This document shows, piece after piece, positions 10,558-21,278 of a stretch of DNA of 64,000 nucleotides (position 1 is its first letter; each line of letters begins with the position of its first letter). The stretch lies in contig JBGAWA010000002.1 in the NCBI GenBank assembly GCA_044227805.1, positions 16,654 through 80,653 of the forward strand, in the 5' to 3' direction. Below the pieces are notes generated by a model. It was not told where the DNA came from, made no database searches, and saw only the letters and a program-made list of their open reading frames with translations. The DNA comes from Chitinophagales bacterium. GTDB lineage: Bacteria > Bacteroidota > Bacteroidia > Chitinophagales > UBA10324. Position numbers and translations under genes: made by a program.

Positions 10558-13500
10558 TTATGGATGTGCGACAAACAAGCCGTAACTGACATTCACTTCC
10601 AGCAGGTTGAAGTCGGCGCCATCAGTCGGACCTTCTCCTGTTATGTCGCTCACATTATATCCGAAAGCTTGACCGGTCACATCCGCTTCCACCTGGTTGA
10701 TGTCATCGCCGGCCACTTGTCCGTCCTGGTTCACATCACCACTGTAAATCGACCAGACACTAGCCACCAGTATCATCTGCGGATTCGGGTTGTTTACATC
10801 CGGATATGCCTGGGAAATATCGGTGGAGAAATCAAAACTCCCCTGTGTCATCGGTACCGGTGCAGCGCTCCATGTTTCCAGCGTGTTTTTGCTTTTAATA
10901 GAGATGAAATACGAATTGGTGCCGACAGCATTATTGAAGATACAATGGATCATACCATCCGTATGCAACACCCCACGGAATGTGTCAATGTCAGCAAAAG
11001 TCATATCATCATGCAAGATCACCAAGATGGTATCCACTTCATTCGGATCTGATCCTACTCCCTGGTTAAGCAATACAGATTTCATAAATCCGGGATTGAA
11101 CTCATCCATGTATCCCTGCATAAAGCATTTTACATCTAAAGCAACCGTAGCGGAACACCCTTCATCCACCTGGTTATTACAGTTATCATCAATGCCATTG
11201 GAGCAGATTTCACTCATGCCCGGATGAACGGCTGCCAGTGTATCATTGCAATCGGTATCAAAGAGTGAGGTATTGGCAGGTTGAATACAAGCCTGAATGG
11301 GAGCGCCTGCTCCGTATCCGTCACCATCGCCATCGGCGTAGTAGGTAGTGCTGATATCAATAGTGACATTCGCCGTTACTATACTATCGCAACCCACTGC
11401 ATTGGAATAAGTATGCTGGTATGGCCCGCTCACATTCACGGATCCTCCCCAGGGCAAGGTGTAGCTGTCGCAACCTGTTGCACTAAATGAAGTAGGCTGA
11501 CTGGAATGGTTGATCATTACAGTCGCAGTTACCATGCTATCGCAGCCTGCCTGACTGATATAGGTATGATGGTAGGCGCCTGAAACCGTTGCAGTTTCTC
11601 CCCAGGGCAGTAAATAACTGTCACAGGCAATTGTATCGAAAGAAGTGGGCGGCGTTGAATTGTTGAGCTGAATGGAGTCTGACGCCGTGCAGCCATTAAG
11701 ATCCGTAACTACTACGGAATAATTACCGGCAACAGATATGATGATCCCACTTGATGTTTGTTCCGGTATGGTGTTCCAGGAGTAGCTCACCGGAAAGGCA
11801 GTGGATGATGCCAATGCAAGCGCCAGGCCGGGGTTACCTTCGATGCCACCGTTACAGCTTGGCCCATACCCGGCTACTGAAACTTTTACCGTGTTCAGTG
11901 GCGCGCTGCTGTTTTGAATGGTGGCTACGCTGCGGCGCGTGATGGTGGTGGTATTGCCGCCTGCATTCCAGTTACCTGTTGCACTTGTATCAAATGATGC
12001 AATGGAATTATCTGCATAACGGGCTTCAATTCTTCTTACCCCGTTTGAATTATTTGCACCAATGGGAATAACGGCCGGAAAATCTCCGGTTGCTGAGGTT
12101 CCTGCCTGTAAATAAATATCATTGATGGCAACTGGTAATTGTGATTGCGTTGTCTGTGTGGGGATAGCAGTGCGGGCCATATAAGAAAATAATGGGTCAC
12201 CGCTTCCTGCTGTGTTATCATAGATCAGGATATATTTCCCGCTGATACAGGCATTCGCTGATCCTTTCAAAAAGGCACCATCATCAGCCGTGGACACTGT
12301 TCGTGCAGTAGTGGCAATGTCAAGCGCAGTCATCTGCTTCAACCCCACAAAATTAGGCACTGATGGAGGGAAATTTCCGCTTCCATTGATGGCGTATCCG
12401 ACTCTGATATTATGCGTCTGCCCGGCATCGAACCTTGTAGCATTCCCGGTAGGTTGAACATATATCCAAACCGGTCCGCTGCTGCCCGATCCATCTGTGG
12501 TGAAATAGTTGGAAAGCGTATTGGTATTAAAAGCAGTTTGATTCCATATGTTGCATGCACCATATGAGGTTGCGGCATCCGGTGTAGCGCCATTGGTTAC
12601 ACCAATGCCTAATCTAAGATCATAACTGGTATTCGGAACAAGGTTGTCTATCCTGAAACAAATAGCAAATGGAGTACGCGTATCATTGCTGCTGCCGGCC
12701 GATTTACTTCCAAAATATTTGGGAACCACCAGCTCGGTGAATACGGCGGGAATACTGATGTAAATATTGATGCTTACATCAAGGCTGACTCCCGGAGCAG
12801 TAGCCTGCAAAGCAAAATAGCCTGGCTGATCTATTTGCAGATCCGCAAAGGTGGAAACTCCGGCAACGGCTTTTTTCTTTACAGTGCCGGTGAGTGTTCC
12901 TGATCCGCTATACAGTGAAATAGTAATCGTATCTGTGAACAGGTTGTCAACGGTATTGTCAGGCCTTCTCGCTTCCACGGTAAAACTGGAAAGGTTGGTA
13001 TTCGTAACGCCTGAAGAGGGAACGCCGGTAAATCGCAGGAAGGTTGCTTTCGCCAGCACATTGAATGGCGCACTGTTGCCGAAAGCAAGGGTATCACCTT
13101 TTGTTCGTGTGGCCCTGATCACAACCTGATCTTCTGCCGGGCTGTAGGTAACATTGGTAAAGGTTACGCTATTGGTGCCCGAAAGTATTGAATCCGTAAG
13201 CACTCCTCCGAGGCTTCCGCCTCCTGTTACCAGGGAGAGCGTGACCACCGTGTTGGTGGAAACATTCTGTGCGACATTGAGATTGTCCTGCGCCTGCACC
13301 ACGACGCTGAACGGATAAGTTTCCTCTGCATCCGCATCGCCATTCACATGGGTGATCACCAGCTTGGTTGGAGCGTTACTGGCGAGTCCGGTACCGCTCA
13401 CCGGGATGAATTGTGTTTGAGCGCCCGTGCTTGCGCAGGAAATATTACCATTGAAACCAATCGCTGAGGTGGGGGTGAAGCGGACATCAATATTGGTGGA

Positions 13501-14499
13501 AGATACTGTTCCCCCGGTATGTGCAAGAGCAATGTGACTGGTTGAAAATGGATTGGCACCGGTTCTTATTTCGAAACCAGCGGGTGGTGTGATAATGATG
13601 CTGTCGGTAAGGTTGGCACCGGAAACGGAGAATGTAGAACTGCTGCTGCTGTTGCCAACGAATACATTTCCGAAATTATTGGTGAAGGAAGTGGTGACCA
13701 CAGATACCGTAGGTGGCGCAGCAAATCCCTCGAAGGAAAAATCATCAATGGCGAGTCCATCGTCGGCGCCGGTATCATCCACATCTCTCCAGCGAAGCAC
13801 GAGAGTTGTTCCGCTTGCCCACACGATATTGGAAACCGTAGCGGTAATAGTGGTGAAGTTGCCGCTGGCATTACCATCCAGCGTGGCCGCTGTACCGGAA
13901 GTCTTCAGCGAACTGAAATCAAGAAGCGGTTCTGTGGAATATCCTGTTAACCCGGAAATATCGGCGCCAAGCTTGTATTCGAATGTAAGCTTGTTTACGT
14001 TGTTGCTGCCACCATTTCTCCATTGTTCTCCCCGGAAAGTAATGGTGAATGATCCTATGGCAGAGCTTGTATTATTGGTGAGTACAATTCCTATGGCGGA
14101 TCTAACCGCTGAAGACGCGAGTGAGCCTGCTGCGCGATCTGTGGACGCTGTGGATCCAAAGCTGTACGTCGCTCCCCCATTGCCACTTCCTGTTCCAACC
14201 AGAAAAATTGCATTGGAACCTGATCCGTCCACCTTGGCAAACTGCCAGCCGGTCATGGTGGCTACGCTCAACGGAACGGCTGTAAAATTAAATGGTCCGG
14301 CTCCGGTAAATGTGTAGGTTCCGCTATTAGGCATACCGTTAAAATTCTGTGAATAAACACCACCGGTATAGGAAAGCTGCCCCACACTGCTCAGGCTGAA
14401 TAGCATAAAAATCAGCCATACTGAAAAACGTTCAGGGAATGTAAAACTAAGAGCGGTGAAGGATGGCTGCAGGCAATGAGGGTAGAATTTTTTGTTCAT
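10558..14499 (-). CDS. Large secreted multi-domain surface/adhesin-like protein (1313 aa)
   Basis: N-terminal signal/TM segment. Ig-like repetitive S/T/G/N-rich body. Two tandem ~50-aa Cys-containing repeats (CDSYxLPWG...GCDSxVTA) at 11347-11649. MopE-like putative metal-binding motif (YYADGDGDGYG...CNDTLAAVHPG..EICSNGIDDNCNNQVDEG) at 11152-11346. Dockerin/EF-hand-like DVNQDGQVAGDDIN repeats at 10579-10740. Confidence 0.85.
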   Translation of the reverse strand: MNKKFYPHCLQPSFTALSFTFPERFSVWLIFMLFSLSSVGQLSYTGGVYSQNFNGMPNSGTYTFTGAGPFNFTAVPLSVATMTGWQFAKVDGSGSNAIFLVGTGSGNGGATYSFGSTASTDRAAGSLASSAVRSAIGIVLTNNTSSAIGSFTITFRGEQWRNGGSNNVNKLTFEYKLGADISGLTGYSTEPLLDFSSLKTSGTAATLDGNASGNFTTITATVSNIVWASGTTLVLRWRDVDDTGADDGLAIDDFSFEGFAAPPTVSVVTTSFTNNFGNVFVGNSSSSSTFSVSGANLTDSIIITPPAGFEIRTGANPFSTSHIALAHTGGTVSSTNIDVRFTPTSAIGFNGNISCASTGAQTQFIPVSGTGLASNAPTKLVITHVNGDADAEETYPFSVVVQAQDNLNVAQNVSTNTVVTLSLVTGGGSLGGVLTDSILSGTNSVTFTNVTYSPAEDQVVIRATRTKGDTLAFGNSAPFNVLAKATFLRFTGVPSSGVTNTNLSSFTVEARRPDNTVDNLFTDTITISLYSGSGTLTGTVKKKAVAGVSTFADLQIDQPGYFALQATAPGVSLDVSINIYISIPAVFTELVVPKYFGSKSAGSSNDTRTPFAICFRIDNLVPNTSYDLRLGIGVTNGATPDAATSYGACNIWNQTAFNTNTLSNYFTTDGSGSSGPVWIYVQPTGNATRFDAGQTHNIRVGYAINGSGNFPPSVPNFVGLKQMTALDIATTARTVSTADDGAFLKGSANACISGKYILIYDNTAGSGDPLFSYMARTAIPTQTTQSQLPVAINDIYLQAGTSATGDFPAVIPIGANNSNGVRRIEARYADNSIASFDTSATGNWNAGGNTTTITRRSVATIQNSSAPLNTVKVSVAGYGPSCNGGIEGNPGLALALASSTAFPVSYSWNTIPEQTSSGIIISVAGNYSVVVTDLNGCTASDSIQLNNSTPPTSFDTIACDSYLLPWGETATVSGAYHHTYISQAGCDSMVTATVMINHSSQPTSFSATGCDSYTLPWGGSVNVSGPYQHTYSNAVGCDSIVTANVTIDISTTYYADGDGDGYGAGAPIQACIQPANTSLFDTDCNDTLAAVHPGMSEICSNGIDDNCNNQVDEGCSATVALDVKCFMQGYMDEFNPGFMKSVLLNQGVGSDPNEVDTILVILHDDMTFADIDTFRGVLHTDGMIHCIFNNAVGTNSYFISIKSKNTLETWSAAPVPMTQGSFDFSTDISQAYPDVNNPNPQMILVASVWSIYSGDVNQDGQVAGDDINQVEADVTGQAFGYNVSDITGEGPTDGADFNLLEVNVSYGLFVAHP

Positions 14500-14738
14500 G
14501 AGTGGGAAATTAGAAGCGTAAAAAATGATAGTAAAAATGATGCGTAAAAGCGGATGTAAAGGAAGCTAAAGATGAAGCCATAAAGCTATATGATTCGTTA
14601 AACAATTCTTATATTTTCTTTGGTGAATGCTAACTTTTTTTGCCTTCGGTAAAAACGGATAACTTCCGCGGAATGCTGCTATGCTGCAGGTCGTCTTGCA
14701 GGGTTATTAAACCATACCTTGGGTATCATCACTGCCTT

Positions 14739-15566
14739 TCAATAGGTCAGAGTGGCCATAACCGGCAAATGATCGGAAGGGTACTTAAAATCATAGAAGT
14801 CATCAATTGTGATGTATTTGCCGATTTGCATGACTGCCGTATCGGCCACAAAAATATAGTCAATCTGGCCATTGGGTTTTTCCTTAAAATTAAATCCGTT
14901 CCAGGTGTCCTTTTCACCATAGGGTTTAGACCGGCAATGGCTCCTCGCTTCTGCCAGGTGCTGCGATAAAAATGCCACGGGAGCCTCTTCCGGCCTTGCA
15001 TTCAGATCGCCTGTAAAGATCACCTCGCAGTTATTGATTTTTTTTAATGCTGCTATTTGCGCAACAATCAGTTTGGCGGATTCCAGCCTTGCAAGCGCTC
15101 CAACATGATCGAAATGTGCGTTGATTACCCATATAAATTGCTTGCCTTCCAGTGATCTGAATAACCCATAAGTGGCAATGCGCGGAAGCGCCGCATCCCA
15201 TCCGATTGAAATGGTATCCGGTGTTGGTGATAGCCATAGCGTATGCTGTTGTATCAGCTTAAACCTGTTCTTGTTGTAAAAAATATTGGAATATTCTGCG
15301 TCAGGCTCATTCGTCCTCGGGTTGCCGATAGAGGCATATTGAGGCATTTGCTGCAATAGGAAATCCTGTTGAAACTTCTGCGCTTCCTGCATGCCAATAA
15401 AATCAGGAGCATAATAATTCATTAAATCAGCCACCTTGTTTTTGCGCTTTTCCCAATGATTTTCACCATCATCTGCCGTTCCATATCTGATGTTGTAACT
15501 CATTATTTTTATCTCTTGCCCCATAGAGAAATGGCTCATGAGCAGGGTGATGAGTAGCAATTTCAT
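14739..15566 (-). CDS. Endonuclease/exonuclease/phosphatase (EEP) family protein, secreted
   Basis: IMSYNIRYGTADDGENHW at the N-terminus and SDHLPVMATLTY at the C-terminus are EEP hallmarks. Signal peptide present. Confidence 0.85.
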   Translation of the reverse strand: MKLLLITLLMSHFSMGQEIKIMSYNIRYGTADDGENHWEKRKNKVADLMNYYAPDFIGMQEAQKFQQDFLLQQMPQYASIGNPRTNEPDAEYSNIFYNKNRFKLIQQHTLWLSPTPDTISIGWDAALPRIATYGLFRSLEGKQFIWVINAHFDHVGALARLESAKLIVAQIAALKKINNCEVIFTGDLNARPEEAPVAFLSQHLAEARSHCRSKPYGEKDTWNGFNFKEKPNGQIDYIFVADTAVMQIGKYITIDDFYDFKYPSDHLPVMATLTY

Positions 15567-15795
15567 AGATCGATTTTACTGTTTGAGTCATGAACGGAGA
15601 TCGTGCATTTTTTTGGAAAGATCCAGGTCGGTTGCAACCGGCAACCGCTCAGGCAGCCTATACTCCGCCGGGGAATCAGCCAGCATAAAGTGAATGGCAG
15701 CAGTGATGCGGTAACTGCCATGCGTTTCCAACAAATCTTACTAACAGGGTTTCCTTTGCTGCCTGTTAATTATGCGAAGCAGGAATACCCTTTTC

Positions 15796-18381
15796 TTACC
15801 CACACTTGCTGCTTCCGCAGCTTTTGCAGACCAGGCAACCCTCTTCATACACCAATCCAGTCAGGTCACCACATTCGGGGCATTGCTTGTCGACGGCAGG
15901 TGTTCCGTCTTCGATGTATTTTTTAAGCGCACGTTCCACTCCGGCTTTCCAGGTATTGAGTGATTCGGCTTTTAAGTCGAGGTTTTCAATGAGGTCAACT
16001 ACATGCTGTAAAGGCATACCATGCCGCAACACACCGGAGATCAGCTTCGCATAATTCCAGAATTCCTGTTCGAATGAACGGGAGAGTCCTTCAATGGTTA
16101 CTTTGTACCCTGCGCGATCGATATATTGAAAATCATATCGGGTGGTTTTATCTTCAAGGCGTGTTTTGATCACCCAGCCTTTGTCAACGTAGTTAGGTAA
16201 CAGGATGGAATCTTCATTCACCACGCCCGTAAATATTTCATACGGCTTTCCTTTCAGCAGGCCCACCACGGCGCTCCATTTTTCATTCCCGTTCATAAAC
16301 CGTAACACATCAGCCTCCAGAACCTTGGGTCGCTTGGGTGCATTGGATGTAAGCACCTCATCTGCTGCTACTTTTTTCTTCTGTGCGTCATTTCCAATCA
16401 ACACTCCGGAGCGTGAGCCATCACGATACACGGTGATGCCTTTCAAGCCGTGTTTCCACGCTGCCAGATAAATCTCCCCTACTTTATCAACGCCTACATC
16501 ATTCGGTAAATTGATGGTGGAAGAAATGGAATGCGTGATATATTTCTGTACGGCGCTCTGAATTTCCACGCGTTTGATCCAGTCAATCTCTGGTGCCGTG
16601 CTGCCGTAATAAGGTGATTTTTTGAGGTCTTTCTCGCCGGTAATTTCCATCCACATTTTGAGTTTGGGATGATATACTTCAAATTCCTGCCAGGGATCGC
16701 CCATCGCATCCACAAAATCTACGCGCTGGTTTTTGTCATTTGGATTCACTTTCCGGCGGCGTTTGTAACTAAGCATGTAAACCGGTTCAATGCCGGATGA
16801 AGTTTGCGCCAGAATGCTGAGGGTACCGGTAGGTGCCACGGTACTTAATGAAATATTTCTTCTGCCAAAGCGCATCATACGATCATATACAGCCGGCATT
16901 TCCAGCTGCATCATCTGCACAAATTCAGAAGTGTTTTCAATATCCTTATCGAATCCTTCAAAGGCACCGCGCTCAATAGACATATCCACTGAACTGTCGA
17001 ATTCCGCCATGCATTTTGTTTTCTGCATTTCACTAATCACCTGCAAAGCGGCGGTTGAATCGAAAGGTAATCCCAAGGCAGCAACAGCATCACCCAGTGC
17101 CGTAAATCCGAGTCCGGTGCGGCGGCCTTTTCTTCCCTGCTCCTGCAACAGTTTCCAGGTACGTACCTCCACCTCTTTGATATAATCAGGTTCGGGATCA
17201 TTGGCCACTTTTTCCAGTATGCGGTCGATATGTTGCAGTTCCAGTTCTACCAAATCATCACTCAGCCGTTGCGCTTCATAGGTTACTTCATACAGTTTTT
17301 TGTAATTGAACGCGGCCTGTGGTGTGAACGGCTGATCTACGAAAGAGAAAAGATTGAGTGCAATCAAACGGCAACTGTCGCCTCCCTGCATGGCAATTTC
17401 GCTGCAGGGATTGGTGGAAACATTTTTATAACCGGGATAAACGGAAGAAGTGGAATACTTATGCTGGCGATCCCAGAAAATCAATCCAGGCTCTGCCGTT
17501 TTATGTGCGCAGTTGATGATGGTGTCCCACAGTTCACGTGCACGAACGGTTTTGGTATACTTAGGATTCGGCGATTCAATGGGCCAGCGGTGCGTGAATT
17601 CACCGTCCTGTGCTACGGCTTCCATAAATTCATCACTCAGCCGCACTGAAACATTTGCGCCGGTAATTTTGGAAAGATCCTGCTTGGCGGTAATAAAAAA
17701 TTCAACATCAGGGTGCGTGATGTCCATGGTTATCATCAAGGCCCCACGGCGGCCATGCTGTGCAACTTCTCTTGTCGTGTTGGAGAATCTTTCCATGAAA
17801 GAAACGGCTCCTGTGGTTGTACCGGCCGCGTTCAATACCGGAGCACCGGCAGGACGGATGGTGGAAATATCTATCCCCACACCACAGCGGCGCTTAAACA
17901 ATTGCGCCAGTTGCTGATCGGTAAAGAAAATGCCACCGTAAGAGTCATAAATTTCAGGAAGCACCACGCAGTTACTCAGTGAGGCCACCATGGTTTGATT
18001 GCCTAAGACACCCATTACGCTTCCCTGCGGAATGATATAACTGAAGCGCCGAAAGTATTCATAAATTTTTTCCTCATTCAGCAATTCACGTTGCTGCCCG
18101 TAGGCGGAAAGATGTTTCACGATCTTGTTGGGTATCGTATTTTCCGCAAACTGCATTTCTATTTTCCCAAACTCGCGCGCCATCCGCCGGTGCATATCAT
18201 CAGGTGTCAGTTCGTAGTAGTGCCCTTTCGCGTCCTTCACCGCATATTTATTCATCCAGGTAGTGGCGGCTAATTCATCGCCATGGAAATATTCAATAGC
18301 GGCCTGTAATACTTCATCATAGGTATATACTGTGCGGGCGATCGTGTTTTCTCCTTTGTTCAAGGTGAGGGTTGAAGACAT
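15796..18381 (-). CDS. nrdJ: Adenosylcobalamin-dependent (class II) ribonucleotide reductase
   Basis: STNPCSEI active-site loop, overall RNR signature and C-terminal Cys cluster CPECG...CLVCKSCGSSKCG. Start moved to the ATG at 18381 (MSSTLTLNKGEN). Confidence 0.85.
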   Translation of the reverse strand: MSSTLTLNKGENTIARTVYTYDEVLQAAIEYFHGDELAATTWMNKYAVKDAKGHYYELTPDDMHRRMAREFGKIEMQFAENTIPNKIVKHLSAYGQQRELLNEEKIYEYFRRFSYIIPQGSVMGVLGNQTMVASLSNCVVLPEIYDSYGGIFFTDQQLAQLFKRRCGVGIDISTIRPAGAPVLNAAGTTTGAVSFMERFSNTTREVAQHGRRGALMITMDITHPDVEFFITAKQDLSKITGANVSVRLSDEFMEAVAQDGEFTHRWPIESPNPKYTKTVRARELWDTIINCAHKTAEPGLIFWDRQHKYSTSSVYPGYKNVSTNPCSEIAMQGGDSCRLIALNLFSFVDQPFTPQAAFNYKKLYEVTYEAQRLSDDLVELELQHIDRILEKVANDPEPDYIKEVEVRTWKLLQEQGRKGRRTGLGFTALGDAVAALGLPFDSTAALQVISEMQKTKCMAEFDSSVDMSIERGAFEGFDKDIENTSEFVQMMQLEMPAVYDRMMRFGRRNISLSTVAPTGTLSILAQTSSGIEPVYMLSYKRRRKVNPNDKNQRVDFVDAMGDPWQEFEVYHPKLKMWMEITGEKDLKKSPYYGSTAPEIDWIKRVEIQSAVQKYITHSISSTINLPNDVGVDKVGEIYLAAWKHGLKGITVYRDGSRSGVLIGNDAQKKKVAADEVLTSNAPKRPKVLEADVLRFMNGNEKWSAVVGLLKGKPYEIFTGVVNEDSILLPNYVDKGWVIKTRLEDKTTRYDFQYIDRAGYKVTIEGLSRSFEQEFWNYAKLISGVLRHGMPLQHVVDLIENLDLKAESLNTWKAGVERALKKYIEDGTPAVDKQCPECGDLTGLVYEEGCLVCKSCGSSKCG

Positions 18382-18790
18382 AGCGTAATAACTTTTGATG
18401 GTTGGAAAAAATAGGGGACACGAAAGTAGATCAAACATGATTTGCCACGCCTGAATTTTATACACACTCTGTTGACAGTACATAATGATCCTGTAATGAG
18501 TAATTTACGGTTAACAGCCTTGAAAAACAATCTCATTTTATGGTAGCAAGGTGGATAAACTACTGTACGGCCGATCGCAATCTTTCCCTTTAAAGCATTG
18601 CAACCATATAAATGAAAGGATGTGGGAAAGGTTTTTTTTAAAAAATTAGTACTTTTTATAACCGAGTACTGAATTTTTATTCCTTATAAATCAATATGTT
18701 ATGATAAAATTTCAAAAATAAATGGTACTATGTGATACAAAATACCAAAGACTGCATATATCTTTGCTATGTCAAAAACAAGTTAATACC

Positions 18791-19171
18791 ATGAACATCG
18801 AGAACACACAAGCCCAAATGCGAAAAGGCATCCTCGAGTTTTGCATTCTTTCCATCATAGGCAATGATGAAGAATGCTATGCTTCGGAGATACTTGATCG
18901 GATGAAGAGGGCTAAACTGATCGTGGTGGAAGGAACGCTGTATCCACTGCTCACCCGTCTGAAGAACGACGGCTACCTCAGCTATCAATGGGTTGAATCC
19001 AAATCCGGACCACCCAGGAAGTACTACAAGCTCACCGGTCTCGGGGAAAAATTTCTCGAGGAGCTCAGAAAAACCTGGGATGAGCTCGTACTGGCTGTAG
19101 ACCTCACCACCAAAAAAACTGAAACTGCCCCATCTTCTCAAACCTCTCAAATCGAATCAAACAATGAATAA
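18791..19171 (+). CDS. PadR family transcriptional regulator
   Basis: MRKGILEFCILSII...YASEILDRM...VVEGTLYPLLTRLKNDGYLSYQW...PPRKYYKLT is the PadR winged-helix signature. Start moved to the ATG at 18791. Confidence 0.9.
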   Translation: MNIENTQAQMRKGILEFCILSIIGNDEECYASEILDRMKRAKLIVVEGTLYPLLTRLKNDGYLSYQWVESKSGPPRKYYKLTGLGEKFLEELRKTWDELVLAVDLTTKKTETAPSSQTSQIESNNE

Positions 19172-20828
19172 AACCGTAACCATCAACCTCAGTGGAATAG
19201 TATTCCACATTGATGAAAATGCCTATGAGCAATTGAAAAAATACCTGGAGAAACTCAAAGCTCATTTCTCCACCACACAAGGCAAAGAAGAAATCATTGC
19301 CGACATCGAAAGCCGCCTTGCCGAAATGTTTGCAGAGCGCAATGCGGATGCTAACAAAGTAATCATGGTAGCTGATGTGGATGAAGTGATACTGGCTATG
19401 GGTAAACCGGAAGAACTTCCCGGCAATGAAGAAGAAGAGCAGAAAACCAGTCCAAGAGCCGAACAAACCATCTATTATGAAAATGGCCGTAAACGCTTCT
19501 TTCGTAATCCCGAAGACAAAGTATTGGGTGGCGTTTGTTCCGGTATCAGTGCTTACTTCGACATTGACCCTATCTATCTGCGCCTTGTATTCGGCCTGTC
19601 GATCATTTTTGCCGGCACGGGTGTTTTGTTGTACATCATCCTCTGGTTCATTATCCCGGAAGCAAAAACCACTTCCGATAAATTGCTCATGCGTGGTGAA
19701 CGCGTAAATGTTGCCACTATTGAAAAGAATGTACGCGAAGAAATGGAAAGCCTGAAAAAGCGGGGGGAGGCCTTCGCCGGCGAACTTTCATCGGATGAAA
19801 TGAAGCACCGTGTGAGATCATCATCACAAAAAGTAGGTGATTTTATTGGTGACGTCTTAAAGGCATTCGGAAAATTTATCGCCGGCGTATTCGGTATTGT
19901 TATTACCATCTTCAGCATTGCGGTATTGGTTGGATTAACCATCGTCATCTTCAGTGGTGTGGGTGTTTTCAGTTTCGCCGTACCGCATGAACTCACTAAT
20001 ATGGTACTGACGAACTCACAGTTATGGTGGTTAGTCTTCGGCGGTATCCTGGCTATCGGTATTCCTTTCACCTTGTTATTGCTGAATGGCCTGAAAATCC
20101 TGTTTAAGGTGAGGTTGAACCTGCGTATGATTGGTGCCGTGATGGCAGGCTTGTGGCTGGTGGGAATTGCCATCTGTGTACTTACCGGAATAAGAATCGC
20201 AAGCGAGTTTCAGCGTTCCGCCACTATAAAAAAGAGTTATAAAATCAGTAGTGTTACCGGTAACCGGTTGGTGCTTAAATCAACTCCGGAATCAGTGGAC
20301 TATGATTTCAGGCATAATGAGGTGGTGAGGTTTGGAGATCTGTTTATCATGGATGAAAGTGCCGACTCGGTGATGAACCGTATGGTGCATATCGATATTG
20401 AGCAGAGCGAGAATGATTCCGTTTACCTGGTTTCCACGCTCTACTCACGCGGCAAAACGTTTGATGAAGCTAAGCACCTCGCTGATGACATTAACTACCA
20501 ATACCGCGTCACCGATTCAGTGATCCTGTTGCCAAAGTACTTCAACCTCAGCACCGCTTCCAAATTCCGCGGCCAGCATGTGAAGATGATTTTGAAAGTA
20601 CCGGTTGGCAAATCGGTCGTGCTCGACAAATCGCTGGATAATATGCTCGACGATGTTTCGAATGTTACCGACACCTGGGACTGGGATATGCTCGGACATG
20701 AATGGAAAATGACAAAAGATGGGTTGGAGTGTAACCAATGTCCCGGAATCAGCGACAAAGAGGAGAAATCGCAAATAGAAAAAGAGATCAAAATCGACTC
20801 CAGCGGAATTGAAATCAAAACCCTTTGA
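19164..20828 (+). CDS. PspC domain-containing membrane protein
   Basis: VLGGVCSGISAYFDIDPIYLRLVFGLSIIFAGTGVLLYIILWFIIPEA is a PspC domain. Several TM segments. Overlaps the padR stop by 8 nt, which suggests an operon. Confidence 0.9.
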   Translation: MNKTVTINLSGIVFHIDENAYEQLKKYLEKLKAHFSTTQGKEEIIADIESRLAEMFAERNADANKVIMVADVDEVILAMGKPEELPGNEEEEQKTSPRAEQTIYYENGRKRFFRNPEDKVLGGVCSGISAYFDIDPIYLRLVFGLSIIFAGTGVLLYIILWFIIPEAKTTSDKLLMRGERVNVATIEKNVREEMESLKKRGEAFAGELSSDEMKHRVRSSSQKVGDFIGDVLKAFGKFIAGVFGIVITIFSIAVLVGLTIVIFSGVGVFSFAVPHELTNMVLTNSQLWWLVFGGILAIGIPFTLLLLNGLKILFKVRLNLRMIGAVMAGLWLVGIAICVLTGIRIASEFQRSATIKKSYKISSVTGNRLVLKSTPESVDYDFRHNEVVRFGDLFIMDESADSVMNRMVHIDIEQSENDSVYLVSTLYSRGKTFDEAKHLADDINYQYRVTDSVILLPKYFNLSTASKFRGQHVKMILKVPVGKSVVLDKSLDNMLDDVSNVTDTWDWDMLGHEWKMTKDGLECNQCPGISDKEEKSQIEKEIKIDSSGIEIKTL

Positions 20829-20876
20829 TCAACCATTTCATTCACCGGAAATTTTCATCGCAAATAAACCAAGATC

Positions 20877-21239
20877 ATGAAAACCATAACCATCCTTTTC
20901 GCAGGTTTCCTGGCCATCGGCACGCAAAATGTTTTTGCAGATTCCATGGATCAAACCGCTAACTGTTGTCCAGTCATTGAACAGATCAGTGCAGCAACCA
21001 TTCAAAGCCAGCAGCTGCTGCTGGATCAGCTGCAGGCTGAAAGTGAAACGATGCAGGCACATTCCGTCAAGACCGTGCATGAGCAGGTGCAAAAGAAGGT
21101 GGCGCTGGAAAGCGATTTACATGCAGCTATGACGGATATGCAGCATGAAACCGAAAGCATTCCGGTGGAGGCGCTACAGGCGATTTCAGCCAAAGCAGCA
21201 GCCTTTGTAAAGGGAGTGACTTATAATAGCAGTAAATAA
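20877..21239 (+). CDS. Small hypothetical secreted protein (Q/E-rich helical)
   Basis: Signal peptide MKTITILFAGFLAIGTQNVFA. Lies 49 nt after pspC. No family recognised. Confidence 0.6.
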   Translation: MKTITILFAGFLAIGTQNVFADSMDQTANCCPVIEQISAATIQSQQLLLDQLQAESETMQAHSVKTVHEQVQKKVALESDLHAAMTDMQHETESIPVEALQAISAKAAAFVKGVTYNSSK

Positions 21240-21278
21240 CCGCAGCAGATTCTCACAAAGCATTTAATTCAACACAAA

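Noticed and set aside
13553-14317. Long antisense ORFs, e.g. 254 aa at 13553-14317, 240 aa at 62953-63675, 199 aa at 19574-20173, 159 aa at 61050-61529 and 162 aa at 10564-11052
   Set aside because: Each lies entirely inside a longer opposite-strand gene with recognisable family motifs. Their translations are low-complexity with no motifs. They are typical shadow ORFs.
18382-18720. Cobalamin riboswitch or NrdR boxes in the nrdJ leader
   Set aside because: An AAGGGAA string is present on the minus strand. I found no B12 box (GCCACTG core) and no paired 16-bp NrdR palindromes. This would need a covariance-model scan to settle.
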